This document shows, piece by piece, positions 28,624 to 38,877 of a DNA stretch of 64,000 nt. Below the pieces are notes generated by a model. The model was not told the origin of the DNA and made no database searches. It was given only the letters and a program-made list of their open reading frames with translations. The translations under genes were made by a program, and so were the position numbers. Each line of letters starts with the position of its first letter. The stretch's first letter is position 1. Source of the DNA: a virus; the IMG/VR virus record IMGVR_UViG_3300023110_000023, positions 14,302 to 78,301 of that record. The stretch is one strand, 5' to 3'.

Positions 28624-29835
28624 ATGGCGAGCAATAAGACCTCCAAGACCAGCACGAAGACGAACCTCCCCCCTATCGCATCCAAGCGATTGAAGCCGTT
28701 CATTGAGCGAGGAATCGCGAACGGCATCTTCTCGGATGACTCCAGCGTGGTTGCTATGTTCAAAGCAAAAGCAACCGACCCATCGTTGAAAGAAACCCTT
28801 GATTCGCTCGGTGGCTTGAAGTCCGAGATTGGTCAAGCATTCATCACGGACATCGTTCTCACCGACCTCACCAGCATTCTCCGACAGAAGCGATACACGG
28901 CTCACATGAAAGTGTGGGACATCTCGCACAACACGGTTGGCGTTGCTTCGGGCAACCCACGCCAAGTCTGCAACATCTTCGGCCAAGTGGTCATGGAAGA
29001 CGGTGATGAAGTCATGGACTCCGCCATGTTCTCCATGTCCCTGTGGGATGCTGACGCTTCCATCGGTGATGATGTTGAGGCTGACGGTGTGTATGTCGCT
29101 TCGGTGTCATGCAAGAACCTCAACAATTCCACCCTTGACCTGCGACCGCTGGCTGGTTTGACGGCATTCAAGCCCGAAGACTACGACCACGAATCCGCCA
29201 TTGAACTGCTCAAGGACACATACGAAGTCAGCCCCATCGCTGACTTGGAAGACGACATCTCACGGGGTCGCACCGACTACCGTTTGGTTGAGGCAACCGT
29301 GTCATTCAGCGGTGTTCAAAACTCCAAGTCGGGCAACCAATTTGGGAAGATGCTCTTGAAGGATGACTCCACGATGACGCTGGAAGCGATTGAATCGGGC
29401 GAGAACCTCCTGTTGAACTGCATCTGTTCACCCGAAATCGCGACCCGCTTCGGCAAATACAGCAAAATCCTCGCTCTCATCACCACGAAGGTGCAAGGCG
29501 AGTGGGGACTGTCGGCCAACATCGCTGTCGCAATCCCTGTGATTCTCGTTGCACCACCACAGCCCGAAGTCAGTTCCAAAGACGACAAAGAGGATGATGC
29601 CTCTTCGTATTTCAAGAACGCAATCTCCCTTGACGATGACGAGGATGATGACGATGCCGAAGAAACTCCACAGGAAGCCCCTGTGAGCGAAGAAACGGCT
29701 GAACCCTCCGATGACACCTCCGATGAGGAAGAAGGCGAGGAAGACACCTCCAACGGCTCGGAATCGGCATCTGCTGACGAAGGCTGGGTTGATGGCGACT
29801 CCGAAGGCGATGACGAGTGGGGAGATTGGGAATAA
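28624..29835 (+). CDS. single-stranded DNA-binding protein (RPA/OB-fold) with acidic tail
   Basis: SMSLWDADA and MLLKDDS OB-like strands; long D/E-rich tail ending EWGDWE; class II box at 28593. Confidence 0.65.
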   Translation: MASNKTSKTSTKTNLPPIASKRLKPFIERGIANGIFSDDSSVVAMFKAKATDPSLKETLDSLGGLKSEIGQAFITDIVLTDLTSILRQKRYTAHMKVWDISHNTVGVASGNPRQVCNIFGQVVMEDGDEVMDSAMFSMSLWDADASIGDDVEADGVYVASVSCKNLNNSTLDLRPLAGLTAFKPEDYDHESAIELLKDTYEVSPIADLEDDISRGRTDYRLVEATVSFSGVQNSKSGNQFGKMLLKDDSTMTLEAIESGENLLLNCICSPEIATRFGKYSKILALITTKVQGEWGLSANIAVAIPVILVAPPQPEVSSKDDKEDDASSYFKNAISLDDDEDDDDAEETPQEAPVSEETAEPSDDTSDEEEGEEDTSNGSESASADEGWVDGDSEGDDEWGDWE

Positions 29836-29898
29836 GACCGACCACCCCACCATTCCAATTCCAGCCCTTTGATAAGGGTGGGACAATAGGTGATTGAC

Positions 29899-30792
29899 AT
29901 GGCGAAATCAGCAACCAAGAAGAAGGCAAACTACGCAGACCTCATCGCTTCGTGCGATACGGGTGTCAGCATGGTGAACAACCGAACCAAGCACATGAAA
30001 CTGCAAGGTTTCAGCGGTGCTGGGAAGACCCACTTTTACCTCACGATGTTCACGGACATGGCGAGTGGGCTCAAGCCCGAAGAAGCCCTTCTGTGCATCA
30101 TTGACTGCGACCTTGAAGGTCAAGCCGACCTCATCGCTCGCGATTCCATCGTTCCAGCGGAACTACGACCTCGCATTCTGCGAAAGGTCTGCTCTCGCCC
30201 CGATGATGTCAATGACATGGTGCTGGCGTTCCTTGACTTGATGATGCAACACAAAGAGGAACACCCCGATGGTGTTCGCATGGTCGTCTTGGAGAACGAG
30301 GGTGCATTTTACATGGGCTGTCGCAACCACTACGCTGAATCCGTTCACGGCATGACCGAGGCAGACTTGCTTCTGTCCCGTCAGCAACAGGCACTCCGAG
30401 AAGGCAAGAAGACCCTTCCGACCTTTGAAGAGGGGCAGATGCACTCATACAAAGTCATCAACAAACTGTTCTCCACACCATACGAGCGACTCAAGATGGG
30501 CGCGGAGATGTGTGGGGCTCACTTCATCGGCACGACCCTCATGAAGACACGAACCGAAGGCTTCGGAACAAACGATGCGAAGGAGATAACCGTGTCTGCT
30601 GGGCGACCCGACATGACCGACCCACTCTTTGATTGGATTCTTGAGTTCTCCAGCCAGCAACGAATCAAGGCTGGCGAACTGCAAGTGCGTCATCAAGTGA
30701 TGGTCAAGAAGTCCCGTTCATGCAAGCCATTCCTGTTGGACAACCCAACGCAAGAACGATTCGCACAAGCGGTTGAAAAGTCGTCTGCTTGA
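29899..30792 (+). CDS. RecA-fold ATPase (Sak4/AAA_24-like recombinase)
   Basis: LQGFSGAGKT Walker A, CIIDCD; between SSB and exonuclease; class II box at 29869. Confidence 0.75.
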   Translation: MAKSATKKKANYADLIASCDTGVSMVNNRTKHMKLQGFSGAGKTHFYLTMFTDMASGLKPEEALLCIIDCDLEGQADLIARDSIVPAELRPRILRKVCSRPDDVNDMVLAFLDLMMQHKEEHPDGVRMVVLENEGAFYMGCRNHYAESVHGMTEADLLLSRQQQALREGKKTLPTFEEGQMHSYKVINKLFSTPYERLKMGAEMCGAHFIGTTLMKTRTEGFGTNDAKEITVSAGRPDMTDPLFDWILEFSSQQRIKAGELQVRHQVMVKKSRSCKPFLLDNPTQERFAQAVEKSSA

Positions 30793-30818
30793 TAAACCAA
30801 CAGCGTGGTGAGTGCAAC

Positions 30819-32006
30819 ATGAAAGCCCCGTATCTCTCGGCAACACGGCTCAAAATGGCGAAGGACTGCTCGTTCGCGTACGAGCAACACTACGACCCCA
30901 AGAGCGACACTCCGCGCACCTTGAAGAAACTCGCTAACTCACCGTCAAAAACACAGGCGGCGAGAATGGGGAATGTGGTTCACGGTGCGTTGGAGGATTG
31001 GCGTATGCCCGATGAAAACGGCAAAGTCCCAGCACCGAAGTTCGGTCGGCTGATGAAACTCTATGACGAGTGGGCATCCAAGCCACAGTTCGCATTGGAA
31101 TACGAGATGTATGAAGACGGCAAGAACCTCTTGAAGCGATGGTTTGACAGGCGAGGCAAAATGCCGATTCGTGTTGTCGCCACCGAGCAACAAATGGGTC
31201 GCCACGATGCACCGTATGTCCTTGACAACGGTGTGCCGATTTTCGGTTTCATTGACCTCATCGTTGAACACAAAGACGGCACGATTGAATTGGTGGACTA
31301 CAAATCCAATCGCGCCCCGAAGACGCAAGACGAGGCTGACAACGATGTGCAAGCAGGGATTTATCTGTCGTGGGCGAAGGAGAACTTCCCCGACAAACCC
31401 CTGCTGTTCTCGTTTGAGATGCTTCGGTTTGGCGTGGTTTCAACCGTGTGGACTGACAAAAAAATTGAGAACTTCAAGGGCTGGCTCAAGACCCAATTCA
31501 ACATGATTGAATCGCTCACAGAAGGCATCCCATCCATCGGTGATTCGTGTCGCTGGTGTGCATACACCTCCATCTGCCCATCGGCTCAAGACTTGATTCA
31601 CAAAGGTGCATTTGACTTGGTGGAACATGAGTTCGGCTCGGATGACGAAGCGTTGGATGCTCTCGCCAAAGTCAAGGCTGGGCAGGGAATCCTCAATCGC
31701 GTACGCAAGTCCATTGAAGACGACTTCAAGGGGCGACTTGACCCACTCAACATCTCCGAAACGATTCAAACGCAAGGCTGGGAAGTGTCCTTCAACCAGC
31801 GTGAGCGAACCGAGTTCATTCCATCGGAAGTGCAACGGCTCGTTCCTCCAGCGGTGTTTGGACAAATGGTGTCGCTCACCAAGACAGCGGTGGACAAAGT
31901 GTTGCCGATTCTGCCCGAAGACACGGCTCAAGCCATCAAGGATTCGGCAATCAAGAAGCCATACAACGCATTCACGGTGAAGAAGGCTGACAAGTTCAAA
32001 GAGTGA
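30819..32006 (+). CDS. PD-(D/E)XK exonuclease (Cas4/RecB-like, Fe-S)
   Basis: LSATRL...C, GNVVHGALE, GFIDL...ELVDYKS, QAGIY, CRWCAYTSIC; TTGATAAACC at 30789. Confidence 0.9.
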   Translation: MKAPYLSATRLKMAKDCSFAYEQHYDPKSDTPRTLKKLANSPSKTQAARMGNVVHGALEDWRMPDENGKVPAPKFGRLMKLYDEWASKPQFALEYEMYEDGKNLLKRWFDRRGKMPIRVVATEQQMGRHDAPYVLDNGVPIFGFIDLIVEHKDGTIELVDYKSNRAPKTQDEADNDVQAGIYLSWAKENFPDKPLLFSFEMLRFGVVSTVWTDKKIENFKGWLKTQFNMIESLTEGIPSIGDSCRWCAYTSICPSAQDLIHKGAFDLVEHEFGSDDEALDALAKVKAGQGILNRVRKSIEDDFKGRLDPLNISETIQTQGWEVSFNQRERTEFIPSEVQRLVPPAVFGQMVSLTKTAVDKVLPILPEDTAQAIKDSAIKKPYNAFTVKKADKFKE

Positions 32007-32063
32007 AACCTCCCTGCTTTGAGGGAGAGGGCTCATAAACCTTCATGACCAGCCTCCATCACA

Positions 32064-32408
32064 ATGGGCGAGCCCGAAGACGAAACAAACGATGACGAAC
32101 TCGTTCCTTCCAGCAAATACGGAACGAGGCGAAAGGGTCGTCTTGGTCGTCATGACGGTCGCAACATCAAGCGTCTGTGGAAGGCGATGATAAAGGCGGG
32201 TGCGACCTTCCCCGATGGAACTCCCCTGTCATCAACCGAAGTGTGTCATCTGCCGAATCAGCCGTTCTCCATGAACGCACTCACCAACCACTTGGCGAAC
32301 AAACCATACCTCTTCTCCGAGCAAGGCAGGGTCAAGGTGCAAACCCTTGACGGTCGCTCATCGTATCAACAATCCACTTGGCTGGCCTATCCCGATGCCT
32401 TTGATTGA
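32064..32408 (+). CDS. hypothetical protein, possible winged-helix
   Basis: Own box CTCATAAACC at 32032; basic N-terminal segment. Confidence 0.65.
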   Translation: MGEPEDETNDDELVPSSKYGTRRKGRLGRHDGRNIKRLWKAMIKAGATFPDGTPLSSTEVCHLPNQPFSMNALTNHLANKPYLFSEQGRVKVQTLDGRSSYQQSTWLAYPDAFD

Positions 32409-32513
32409 TGTCAAGTTTGACAGATTTTTGGAATCTCAAACCGATTCGGATTCCCATGCTGTTGCGTATTGAGCCCGATAAGCAGGGGTGCTGAACAACA
32501 AGTTCGCTGAAAC

Positions 32514-32544
32514 CATTGATATTCCGACACATTGATATACACCC
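32514..32544 (+). promoter_or_regulatory. class I double-box promoter
   Basis: CATTGATATTCCGACACATTGATATACACCC; ATG 32562 at +30. Confidence 0.75.
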
Positions 32545-32561
32545 GTGTCGTGCGAAGGGAC

Positions 32562-33107
32562 ATGACCGCCCAAAGTCTAACCACGATGCTGACACAAATG
32601 ATGAACCGCGACCTCGTTGAAGGTGCAACCTTTTGGATTGACCACGACACGCTCTATGCAACGGCATTCCCACAGGGATGCTACAATCATGGAAGCGGAG
32701 ATGGTCGTGGCTACGATGAAGCCAACCTCTTTGAGATTGAAGACATGGAAGCATTCACCGAATGGGCTGAAAGAACCATCGCAGTCTTGGAAGACGAAGT
32801 GTTCGCAGACACCGTTGCTCGCCAAGTGGAAGAAGTCTTCTTCCAATTCCTGTCCAACGAATCGGATGAGATGTTGGAAGACATGGAACGCAAGTTCGCT
32901 TGGGATGCAGAACACGCAATCCAGCGAGCATTCAACCGACCCCGTGTTGATGAGCGTCTTGCTTCCTTCGGTGTGAGCCGTGAGCAATACGAAGCCCAAT
33001 CCCAACACGAATGGGACAACCTCTTTGACGAAACCCCTTCACCCGATTGGATGGAATCAGTCCGTTGGATGAGCCACCCCAAGTGGAACGCTGAATTGGC
33101 CTGTTGA
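32562..33107 (+). CDS. acidic hypothetical protein (class I cassette)
   Basis: MTAQSLTTML...; very D/E-rich and helical (possible DNA mimic). Confidence 0.7.
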   Translation: MTAQSLTTMLTQMMNRDLVEGATFWIDHDTLYATAFPQGCYNHGSGDGRGYDEANLFEIEDMEAFTEWAERTIAVLEDEVFADTVARQVEEVFFQFLSNESDEMLEDMERKFAWDAEHAIQRAFNRPRVDERLASFGVSREQYEAQSQHEWDNLFDETPSPDWMESVRWMSHPKWNAELAC

Positions 33108-33117
33108 GGACAGCCCC

Positions 33118-33147
33118 TTGATAACGGTGGGGGGCGAAAGCCCCCCT
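33118..33147 (+). promoter_or_regulatory. class II promoter with downstream palindrome
   Basis: TTGATAACGGTGGGGGGC-GAAA-GCCCCCC; ATG 33148 at +30. Confidence 0.75.
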
Positions 33148-33957
33148 ATGAGCGAGGAATTGACTCCGAACAGCGATGTGTCCCGAACCGTCAAAGCACA
33201 GTTTGATGCTGGACAGTTCTCCGAATTGATGACCACTTTGGTGATGGATGGAAGCACCCAATCACCTGTGCGTGTTCTGCTCACGGAGGATGGTGTCAGC
33301 GTGTGGACTCACGACAACGCCAAGACGATTCAAGCGTTGGTGTCCAATCGCGATATTGACGGCTTGACCGTTGATGAGCCATGCGTCTTGCTGGTTGAGC
33401 CCAAGTCATTCTCGGAACTGCTGTCGGCCAAGTTCGGTGGACACACGGTTCGCGTACAGACTGACGCAGGGAAGCCAATCACGATTCGCTCAAAAGACGG
33501 CTCACAGGCGGTGTATCACGCCAGCGATGAAGACGACTGCAACATTGTCCCCGACCATTGGGTTCTGCCCGTGAACGACAAAGGAGAGCGTCTATTCCCG
33601 ATGTTTGACAACCAGCCAGCAACCAGCGTGGTGCAATTGACCCGAAGCGAACTGAATCGGGGCATCACCGACATGAAGGTGGCGAAAGCCCCGTATGCTG
33701 TGTTCTCGTTCAACGCCAAGAAGTCCGAATGTCAATCGGGTCATTGGGGCGCGAAGACCAATCGTTCAGCCTCTCCAATCGTGGCGACTCTCACGGGTGA
33801 ACCTGTGGAAGTCTGCTTCACGAACAACCTCTCCACGATTCTGTCCGTCTTGGATGGCGACCTCATCACGATTCACAAACACAAAGACGGTGGGTTCGCT
33901 GTCTTGGAAGGTGCGACCACTACGGTCGTCAGCACCGAAGCAACGAGGGAGGCTTGA
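33148..33957 (+). CDS. DNA sliding clamp (PCNA-like)
   Basis: 269 aa with alternating beta/alpha two-domain pattern (LLTEDGVSVW..DNAKTIQALV); in module with RFC and PolB. Confidence 0.65.
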   Translation: MSEELTPNSDVSRTVKAQFDAGQFSELMTTLVMDGSTQSPVRVLLTEDGVSVWTHDNAKTIQALVSNRDIDGLTVDEPCVLLVEPKSFSELLSAKFGGHTVRVQTDAGKPITIRSKDGSQAVYHASDEDDCNIVPDHWVLPVNDKGERLFPMFDNQPATSVVQLTRSELNRGITDMKVAKAPYAVFSFNAKKSECQSGHWGAKTNRSASPIVATLTGEPVEVCFTNNLSTILSVLDGDLITIHKHKDGGFAVLEGATTTVVSTEATREA

Positions 33958-34184
33958 CCATGCACGACCCAAACGCCAACCGATTCAATTTGAACGAAGC
34001 AGAAGAGATGCTGGGCATTGACGAGGAAACGAGAGCGCGGATTCAAACCGTCATCAGCATTGACCTCTTGCTTGCCCACGCTGGAATCACCAAAGACCAA
34101 GTGGCGAAGGCATACGCTGAACGAGTCAAGAACGATTTGAAGGACTTGGTTCAAGACCTCAACGGTGTCATCGGAGATGAGTGA
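33954..34184 (+). CDS. small hypothetical protein
   Basis: Coupled to clamp gene; SD GGAGG. Confidence 0.7.
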   Translation: MTMHDPNANRFNLNEAEEMLGIDEETRARIQTVISIDLLLAHAGITKDQVAKAYAERVKNDLKDLVQDLNGVIGDE

Positions 34185-34194
34185 GTGAGGCTGT

Positions 34195-35370
34195 ATGCTT
34201 CCGTCAGTTCAGCAGTTTGACGAACTGTGCGAGCATCTCGGATTCGGCCATTGTCCCCGTTCCATCGGCAATCCACGACAGGAGTTCGTGCTGGCGAGCG
34301 AGAGCGTCTTCCAGCGGTTCAGCAAGTGGGATGGGCAGAAGTCGTGCTTCATCTCCACACAGGGCTACGAGAACCTGCAATACGAGGCTGGTGGAAGGCA
34401 AGTCCCCAAGTCCATCATCTATGGCTTGACCTTCTTTGACTTTGACCATGACACCAAGCCCGAAAACGCATTCGCTGATGTCCAGCGGTTGTCCGAGTTT
34501 TTGACCAGCATCAAGGTGGCTCATTGGGTGCAATATAGCGGTGCTAAGGGGTATCACCTCCACATCAAGCACATTCCAACACGATTCAAGTTTGACCACC
34601 GAGATGGGTCAAGTGAGGCTCTCCGTGAAATTGTTCACCAAGTCCAAGCCCATCTCAAGACCTCGCTGGGATTGAACACCCTTGACGCACAGACGATGGG
34701 CGACCCAAAGCGACTGTGCCGATTCCCGTTCACTCGCCATGTGAACCGATTCGGAACTGTCAGCGGTCGTTATGCGACACCTATTGAAGTCAATACGCTG
34801 GCGACAGCAGACCACAGCGAGATTGAACGCTCGTCATACCGACCGAGATTTTTCATGCCCACGATTGAGGGCGATGTGCTGACATTGAAGCAATTCATTG
34901 ACCGCATTGGCGTGGAACTCCACGCGCCCGAAACGAGAATCAAACCAATGATTGACGCTGACTTCGGGTTCACCGATGCGGAGGAATCAACGGCTCGGTT
35001 CATCGCCAGCCTTGACTTCAAGTGCATGGGCGTGGTGAACGAACTCAAGCGAAGAAACCCCTCACACAAAGCGAGGGTTCACGCCTGTATGTTCGCCAAG
35101 AGCATCGGCTTGAATCAGCAGGGCTTTGAGGCGATATGGATGGAACTCGGAACGAAGGTTGGCTATGTGGATTTACACAACCACGAATACCGCGCCTTCC
35201 AAATGGCGAGCATTTTTGACAACGAGAGGATGACCACCCCAGCGAACTGCTCAACGCTCAAGCGTGATGGTTGCTGTGTCGGTGAAGTCTGCCCCAAGTT
35301 CGTGGACTCGGAGGCATTCTTTGAAGAGTTCCAAATGCCCCAAAAGCAACGCAGATGGAGGAAGAAGTGA
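34195..35370 (+). CDS. archaeo-eukaryotic primase, fused PriS-PriL
   Basis: FFDFD, YSGAKGYHL, DPKRLCRFP AEP motifs; C-terminal Fe-S cysteines (C...PANCSTL...CC...C). Confidence 0.9.
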   Translation: MLPSVQQFDELCEHLGFGHCPRSIGNPRQEFVLASESVFQRFSKWDGQKSCFISTQGYENLQYEAGGRQVPKSIIYGLTFFDFDHDTKPENAFADVQRLSEFLTSIKVAHWVQYSGAKGYHLHIKHIPTRFKFDHRDGSSEALREIVHQVQAHLKTSLGLNTLDAQTMGDPKRLCRFPFTRHVNRFGTVSGRYATPIEVNTLATADHSEIERSSYRPRFFMPTIEGDVLTLKQFIDRIGVELHAPETRIKPMIDADFGFTDAEESTARFIASLDFKCMGVVNELKRRNPSHKARVHACMFAKSIGLNQQGFEAIWMELGTKVGYVDLHNHEYRAFQMASIFDNERMTTPANCSTLKRDGCCVGEVCPKFVDSEAFFEEFQMPQKQRRWRKK

Positions 35371-36233
35371 TGGCTAAAGAACGCGTACACAGGAAGAAGG
35401 ATTTGCTCGCAGATGATGACGAAGTGCAACGAAGAGTCCAATCGGGCAATCGTGCCGAGAGGCTGTCGCTGATTCGGATTTGGCTGGAATCGGAGGGATT
35501 GACTCCAGCGGATATTGAACCCAATATGGAGTCCAAACCGAATATGCGGTTTGGCTTGGAATCCGTCAAGGAATTGTCGCTGGCTTTGCTGGTTGAAGAC
35601 CTTGAAAAACTGAAACGGATTGACCACCGTGAACATTGGCTGATGCGTCAATACCTCGCTGAACTTGGGTTTGAAATCGTGCATCTCAACACGGGAAGCG
35701 GGGACATGGCGAGTCGCAAGGTCAGCATTGAACGCAAGGAAGACGACCTTCTTCCATCACTCTTTGACCAACGCAGACTGCGACAATTGAGTGCGATGCG
35801 TGAGGAAGCCGAACACTCGTTCCTCGTCATCACGAAGGATTGGGAAGACATCAAGGTGGAGGCTGGGAAGAAAGGCATGAGCATTCGCACCCTGCTGGGC
35901 TACATCGCCAGCCTGTGTGCTGTCGGCTATCCACCCATATTCATGCCCGACAAATACGATGCAAGCGACCTCATTGAGCGAATCGTGGACAAAATTGAGG
36001 ATGACAACCACAGGCTATTCGTGGCTCGCCCCAGCAAAGCGAAGCCACAGGCGTATCGCGATGCGTTGATTGAGGGGTTGCCGAAGGTCGGGGCATCCAC
36101 CCGAAGAAAATTGGTGGCGAAGTTCAAGACGCTGGCGGAATTGACACAGGCCAGCGTTGAGGATTTGATGGAAGTGGATGGTGTCGGCAAGGTGCTTGCT
36201 GAACGCATACACTCGGTTTTTCATGCAAAATGA
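35370..36233 (+). CDS. ERCC4/XPF-family nuclease with tandem HhH
   Basis: IDHRE, GSGDM, SIERKE nuclease motif; GLPKVG and VDGVG HhH motifs. Confidence 0.9.
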   Translation: MAKERVHRKKDLLADDDEVQRRVQSGNRAERLSLIRIWLESEGLTPADIEPNMESKPNMRFGLESVKELSLALLVEDLEKLKRIDHREHWLMRQYLAELGFEIVHLNTGSGDMASRKVSIERKEDDLLPSLFDQRRLRQLSAMREEAEHSFLVITKDWEDIKVEAGKKGMSIRTLLGYIASLCAVGYPPIFMPDKYDASDLIERIVDKIEDDNHRLFVARPSKAKPQAYRDALIEGLPKVGASTRRKLVAKFKTLAELTQASVEDLMEVDGVGKVLAERIHSVFHAK

Positions 36234-36272
36234 ACAAAGCATTGATATAGGGAAGCCGACCGTCTTGACACC

Positions 36273-36674
36273 ATGAGCCAATACATCGGAACACTCCCTG
36301 TCCCAACCGCAGATACCCGCCTTGTCATCAAGAAGGGCGTGGATTCCTCTCGCCAGCCAACATACGAACTCCGTCTTGGTGGCGAATGGGATTGGAACTC
36401 CTATGTCATCGGAGTCATCGGCAAAGGTGTTCGTGGAAAATCCGCAGTCAGCGGAATCGCCACCTCTCGCATTGACCTGTGGCGAACTCCTTCCGATGTC
36501 AAGAAGGGCATCAAGACCCTCGCAGACTTCTCGGCTCTCACCGAAACCCACTTTTATGTTGATGAGAACGACACCGTGTTCATCGGCTCGGAGTTTTGGG
36601 CAAAGCCGATTGACCGAGCAACCGACACATACACCAACGCCACACGCGCAGAAGACCTCACCCTCATCTGCTGA
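36273..36674 (+). CDS. hypothetical protein (class I cassette)
   Basis: AAAGCATTGATATAGGG box (TTG at 36242), ATG at +31. Confidence 0.7.
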   Translation: MSQYIGTLPVPTADTRLVIKKGVDSSRQPTYELRLGGEWDWNSYVIGVIGKGVRGKSAVSGIATSRIDLWRTPSDVKKGIKTLADFSALTETHFYVDENDTVFIGSEFWAKPIDRATDTYTNATRAEDLTLIC

Positions 36675-36708
36675 ACTGTTCATAAAGGTGGGACACGACC
36701 CACCGAGC

Positions 36709-38007
36709 ATGGCGAGAATCCTTTGGGGCTCGGAACAACCCACACGACCGACAGGCTACGGTGTTGTCAGCCGTGAAATCATCAGCAGACTCATCAAGAC
36801 ACACGGGCATGAAGTGTTCGTGATGGGCTGGGACTACAACGGAGAACCATTCCCCCACCCCGATGGCTGGACACTCGTTCACGCTGGGCTCAACCGATTC
36901 GGTGGCGACCCGCTGAATCCCGCTGACCCGAACTCCCCAACGGTCTTGGATATGCACTTGGCCGAACTCAAGCCCGACCTGTATCTGTCTTTGATTGATT
37001 GCTGGTTCATCGGTCATGCTGTCCTTTCAACGAACAGGGCGCGCATTCCATACATCGCCTATACCCCGATTGACGGCTTCCCAATCGCGTACGCTTGGGC
37101 GAAAATCTTGGGGAATGTCCACACTCCACTCTTCATGGCTGACTACGGCAAGCAGGTCTTCCAAGACTTCGTGGCCGAATACAACAGCGAGAACGGCACA
37201 GCACCGAAGGAGATGCTCTTAGACGACCTTGACCGCTACAACAACGCAGAACTGCCGAGAATCCATCATGGCGTGGATGAGAAGGTCTTCCGACCACGAA
37301 GCCTTGCCGAGAAGGAATCAGCACGACAGGCATTGGGAATCACTTGGGACACCGTGTTCCTGTCCGTTGGTCGCAACGGGAACAGGAAGCAAATCCCTCG
37401 TCTGCTGGATGCCTTCAAACTCTTCATTGAACGCAATCCCAAAGCCAACGCTGGACTCATCATCCATTGTGGCGACCCGACTGACAACATGAGTCTTGGT
37501 GGCTGGAACTTGCCCGAATTGGTCAAGCAGAAGGGCTTGGAGAGCCATGTTCGCTTCTCCGACATGAGTGCTAATCCGCTTCATGGATTGAGCCGTGAAG
37601 ACCTCTCCACGCTCTATGGCCTGTCCGATGTCCATGTCCTCGCAACAGGAGGCGAAGGATTCGGGATTCCATCGGTGGAAGCCATGTCCTGTGGCGTTCC
37701 AATCATCCTCCCCGATAACTCAACCGCGCCCGAACTGATTGGCGAGGATGACGAGAGGGGCTGGCTCGTTCCACTTGCGACCACCATCACGGGTGCGAAG
37801 TGGGGCGTGAACATGGGCTTGGTTGATGTTGAAGCACTCGCTGATGCGATTGCAGATGCTCACCATGATGTCAAAGGTCGCAAGGCCAAAGGCAAGAAGG
37901 CTCGCCAATTTATTGAGGCGAATATGACATGGGACATCATCGCCCAGCAATTCCACGACCTCATTGAAGCAACGATTGACCGACAAAAACCGCTGGGGAT
38001 GGAATGA
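36709..38007 (+). CDS. GT4-family (GT-B) glycosyltransferase
   Basis: PTGYG, IHHGVD, VGRNGNRKQ, GEGFGIPSVEAMSCGVP; true start MARILW 30 bp after class II box TTCATAAAGGTGGG at 36679. Confidence 0.92.
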   Translation: MARILWGSEQPTRPTGYGVVSREIISRLIKTHGHEVFVMGWDYNGEPFPHPDGWTLVHAGLNRFGGDPLNPADPNSPTVLDMHLAELKPDLYLSLIDCWFIGHAVLSTNRARIPYIAYTPIDGFPIAYAWAKILGNVHTPLFMADYGKQVFQDFVAEYNSENGTAPKEMLLDDLDRYNNAELPRIHHGVDEKVFRPRSLAEKESARQALGITWDTVFLSVGRNGNRKQIPRLLDAFKLFIERNPKANAGLIIHCGDPTDNMSLGGWNLPELVKQKGLESHVRFSDMSANPLHGLSREDLSTLYGLSDVHVLATGGEGFGIPSVEAMSCGVPIILPDNSTAPELIGEDDERGWLVPLATTITGAKWGVNMGLVDVEALADAIADAHHDVKGRKAKGKKARQFIEANMTWDIIAQQFHDLIEATIDRQKPLGME

Positions 38008-38408
38008 TGGCCGAAGACACAGGCAAGAAGCAACGCAAGCGATTCAAACCAGCCAAGACCGAGAAGGTCAAGGCGACCCCGAAGAAGCGTGAGTTCCCGA
38101 ACAAACCGAAGACCTGTCATCAAATCCACAGGGGCAAGTGCGAGATTCACGACAAGCCATGCAAAATCATCGTGGCTTATCCACGCAAGGACTCAAGGAA
38201 CGCATGGCGTTCACGGCTGGAGAGGATGGGTGCTGAACGACACGGCAAGGAATCGGAACACCGATGCGTTGAGTGCGAGAACGAGCGTCAAGCCGACTCT
38301 CCGTTCAAGGAACTCCATGTGGAAGGATTGGATGCAATTCAGTCAGCCCGCTTGAAGCGAGAATCGGAAGAGTGGACAAGGCGATTTATTGAGGAAGATT
38401 CGTCTTGA
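38004..38408 (+). CDS. basic Cys/His-rich hypothetical protein
   Basis: Coupled to GT gene; CEIHDKPC and HRCVEC motifs. Confidence 0.7.
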   Translation: MMAEDTGKKQRKRFKPAKTEKVKATPKKREFPNKPKTCHQIHRGKCEIHDKPCKIIVAYPRKDSRNAWRSRLERMGAERHGKESEHRCVECENERQADSPFKELHVEGLDAIQSARLKRESEEWTRRFIEEDSS

Positions 38409-38432
38409 TATGACGAAGCATTGATAAGGGGG
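38405..38432 (+). promoter_or_regulatory. class I double-box promoter
   Basis: TTGATATGACGAAGCATTGATAAGGGGG; ATG 38450 at +29. Confidence 0.75.
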
Positions 38433-38449
38433 AACTCCTTCGTCTGTTC

Positions 38450-38839
38450 ATGACCGCACCAGCGACCACCAACCAATACGCAGACGACACGACCGTTGTT
38501 TTCACGACCAACGCTGTTTTACCAGCCGATGTTGCAGAAGCATACATGGACTATCAAGCCCGTGTTCGTGCTGAAACCGCACCTTCGCCAACCAGCACCT
38601 TCGCCAAGACCCACGAATTGTCCTTCTCGGCAACCGTTGAGGAAGTCGCAGAAGCATACACCGCTGGCTACGAGCAAGCCCACCGAGCAATCGTGAACGG
38701 ATGCAACCCACAGTCGTGGAACGCAATCGGCACTCGCTCAATCACGGGCATCCGATTCCCTTCCAAAGCCATGTGCGTCAAGGCGTTCCAAGCGGGCATC
38801 CAAGCCCGCATGAATGCTGACCAAGTGGCTTGGTTTTGA
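38450..38839 (+). CDS. hypothetical protein (class I cassette)
   Basis: Leaderless spacing; class II promoter follows immediately at 38847. Confidence 0.7.
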   Translation: MTAPATTNQYADDTTVVFTTNAVLPADVAEAYMDYQARVRAETAPSPTSTFAKTHELSFSATVEEVAEAYTAGYEQAHRAIVNGCNPQSWNAIGTRSITGIRFPSKAMCVKAFQAGIQARMNADQVAWF

Positions 38840-38877
38840 GCCTGTCTTCATAACGGTGGGGCGACCCAGCCCTGTTC

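Noticed and set aside
30819-32006. Cas4-like gene as part of a CRISPR system
   Set aside because: Stand-alone in a recombination cluster with SSB and ATPase; no array or other cas genes.
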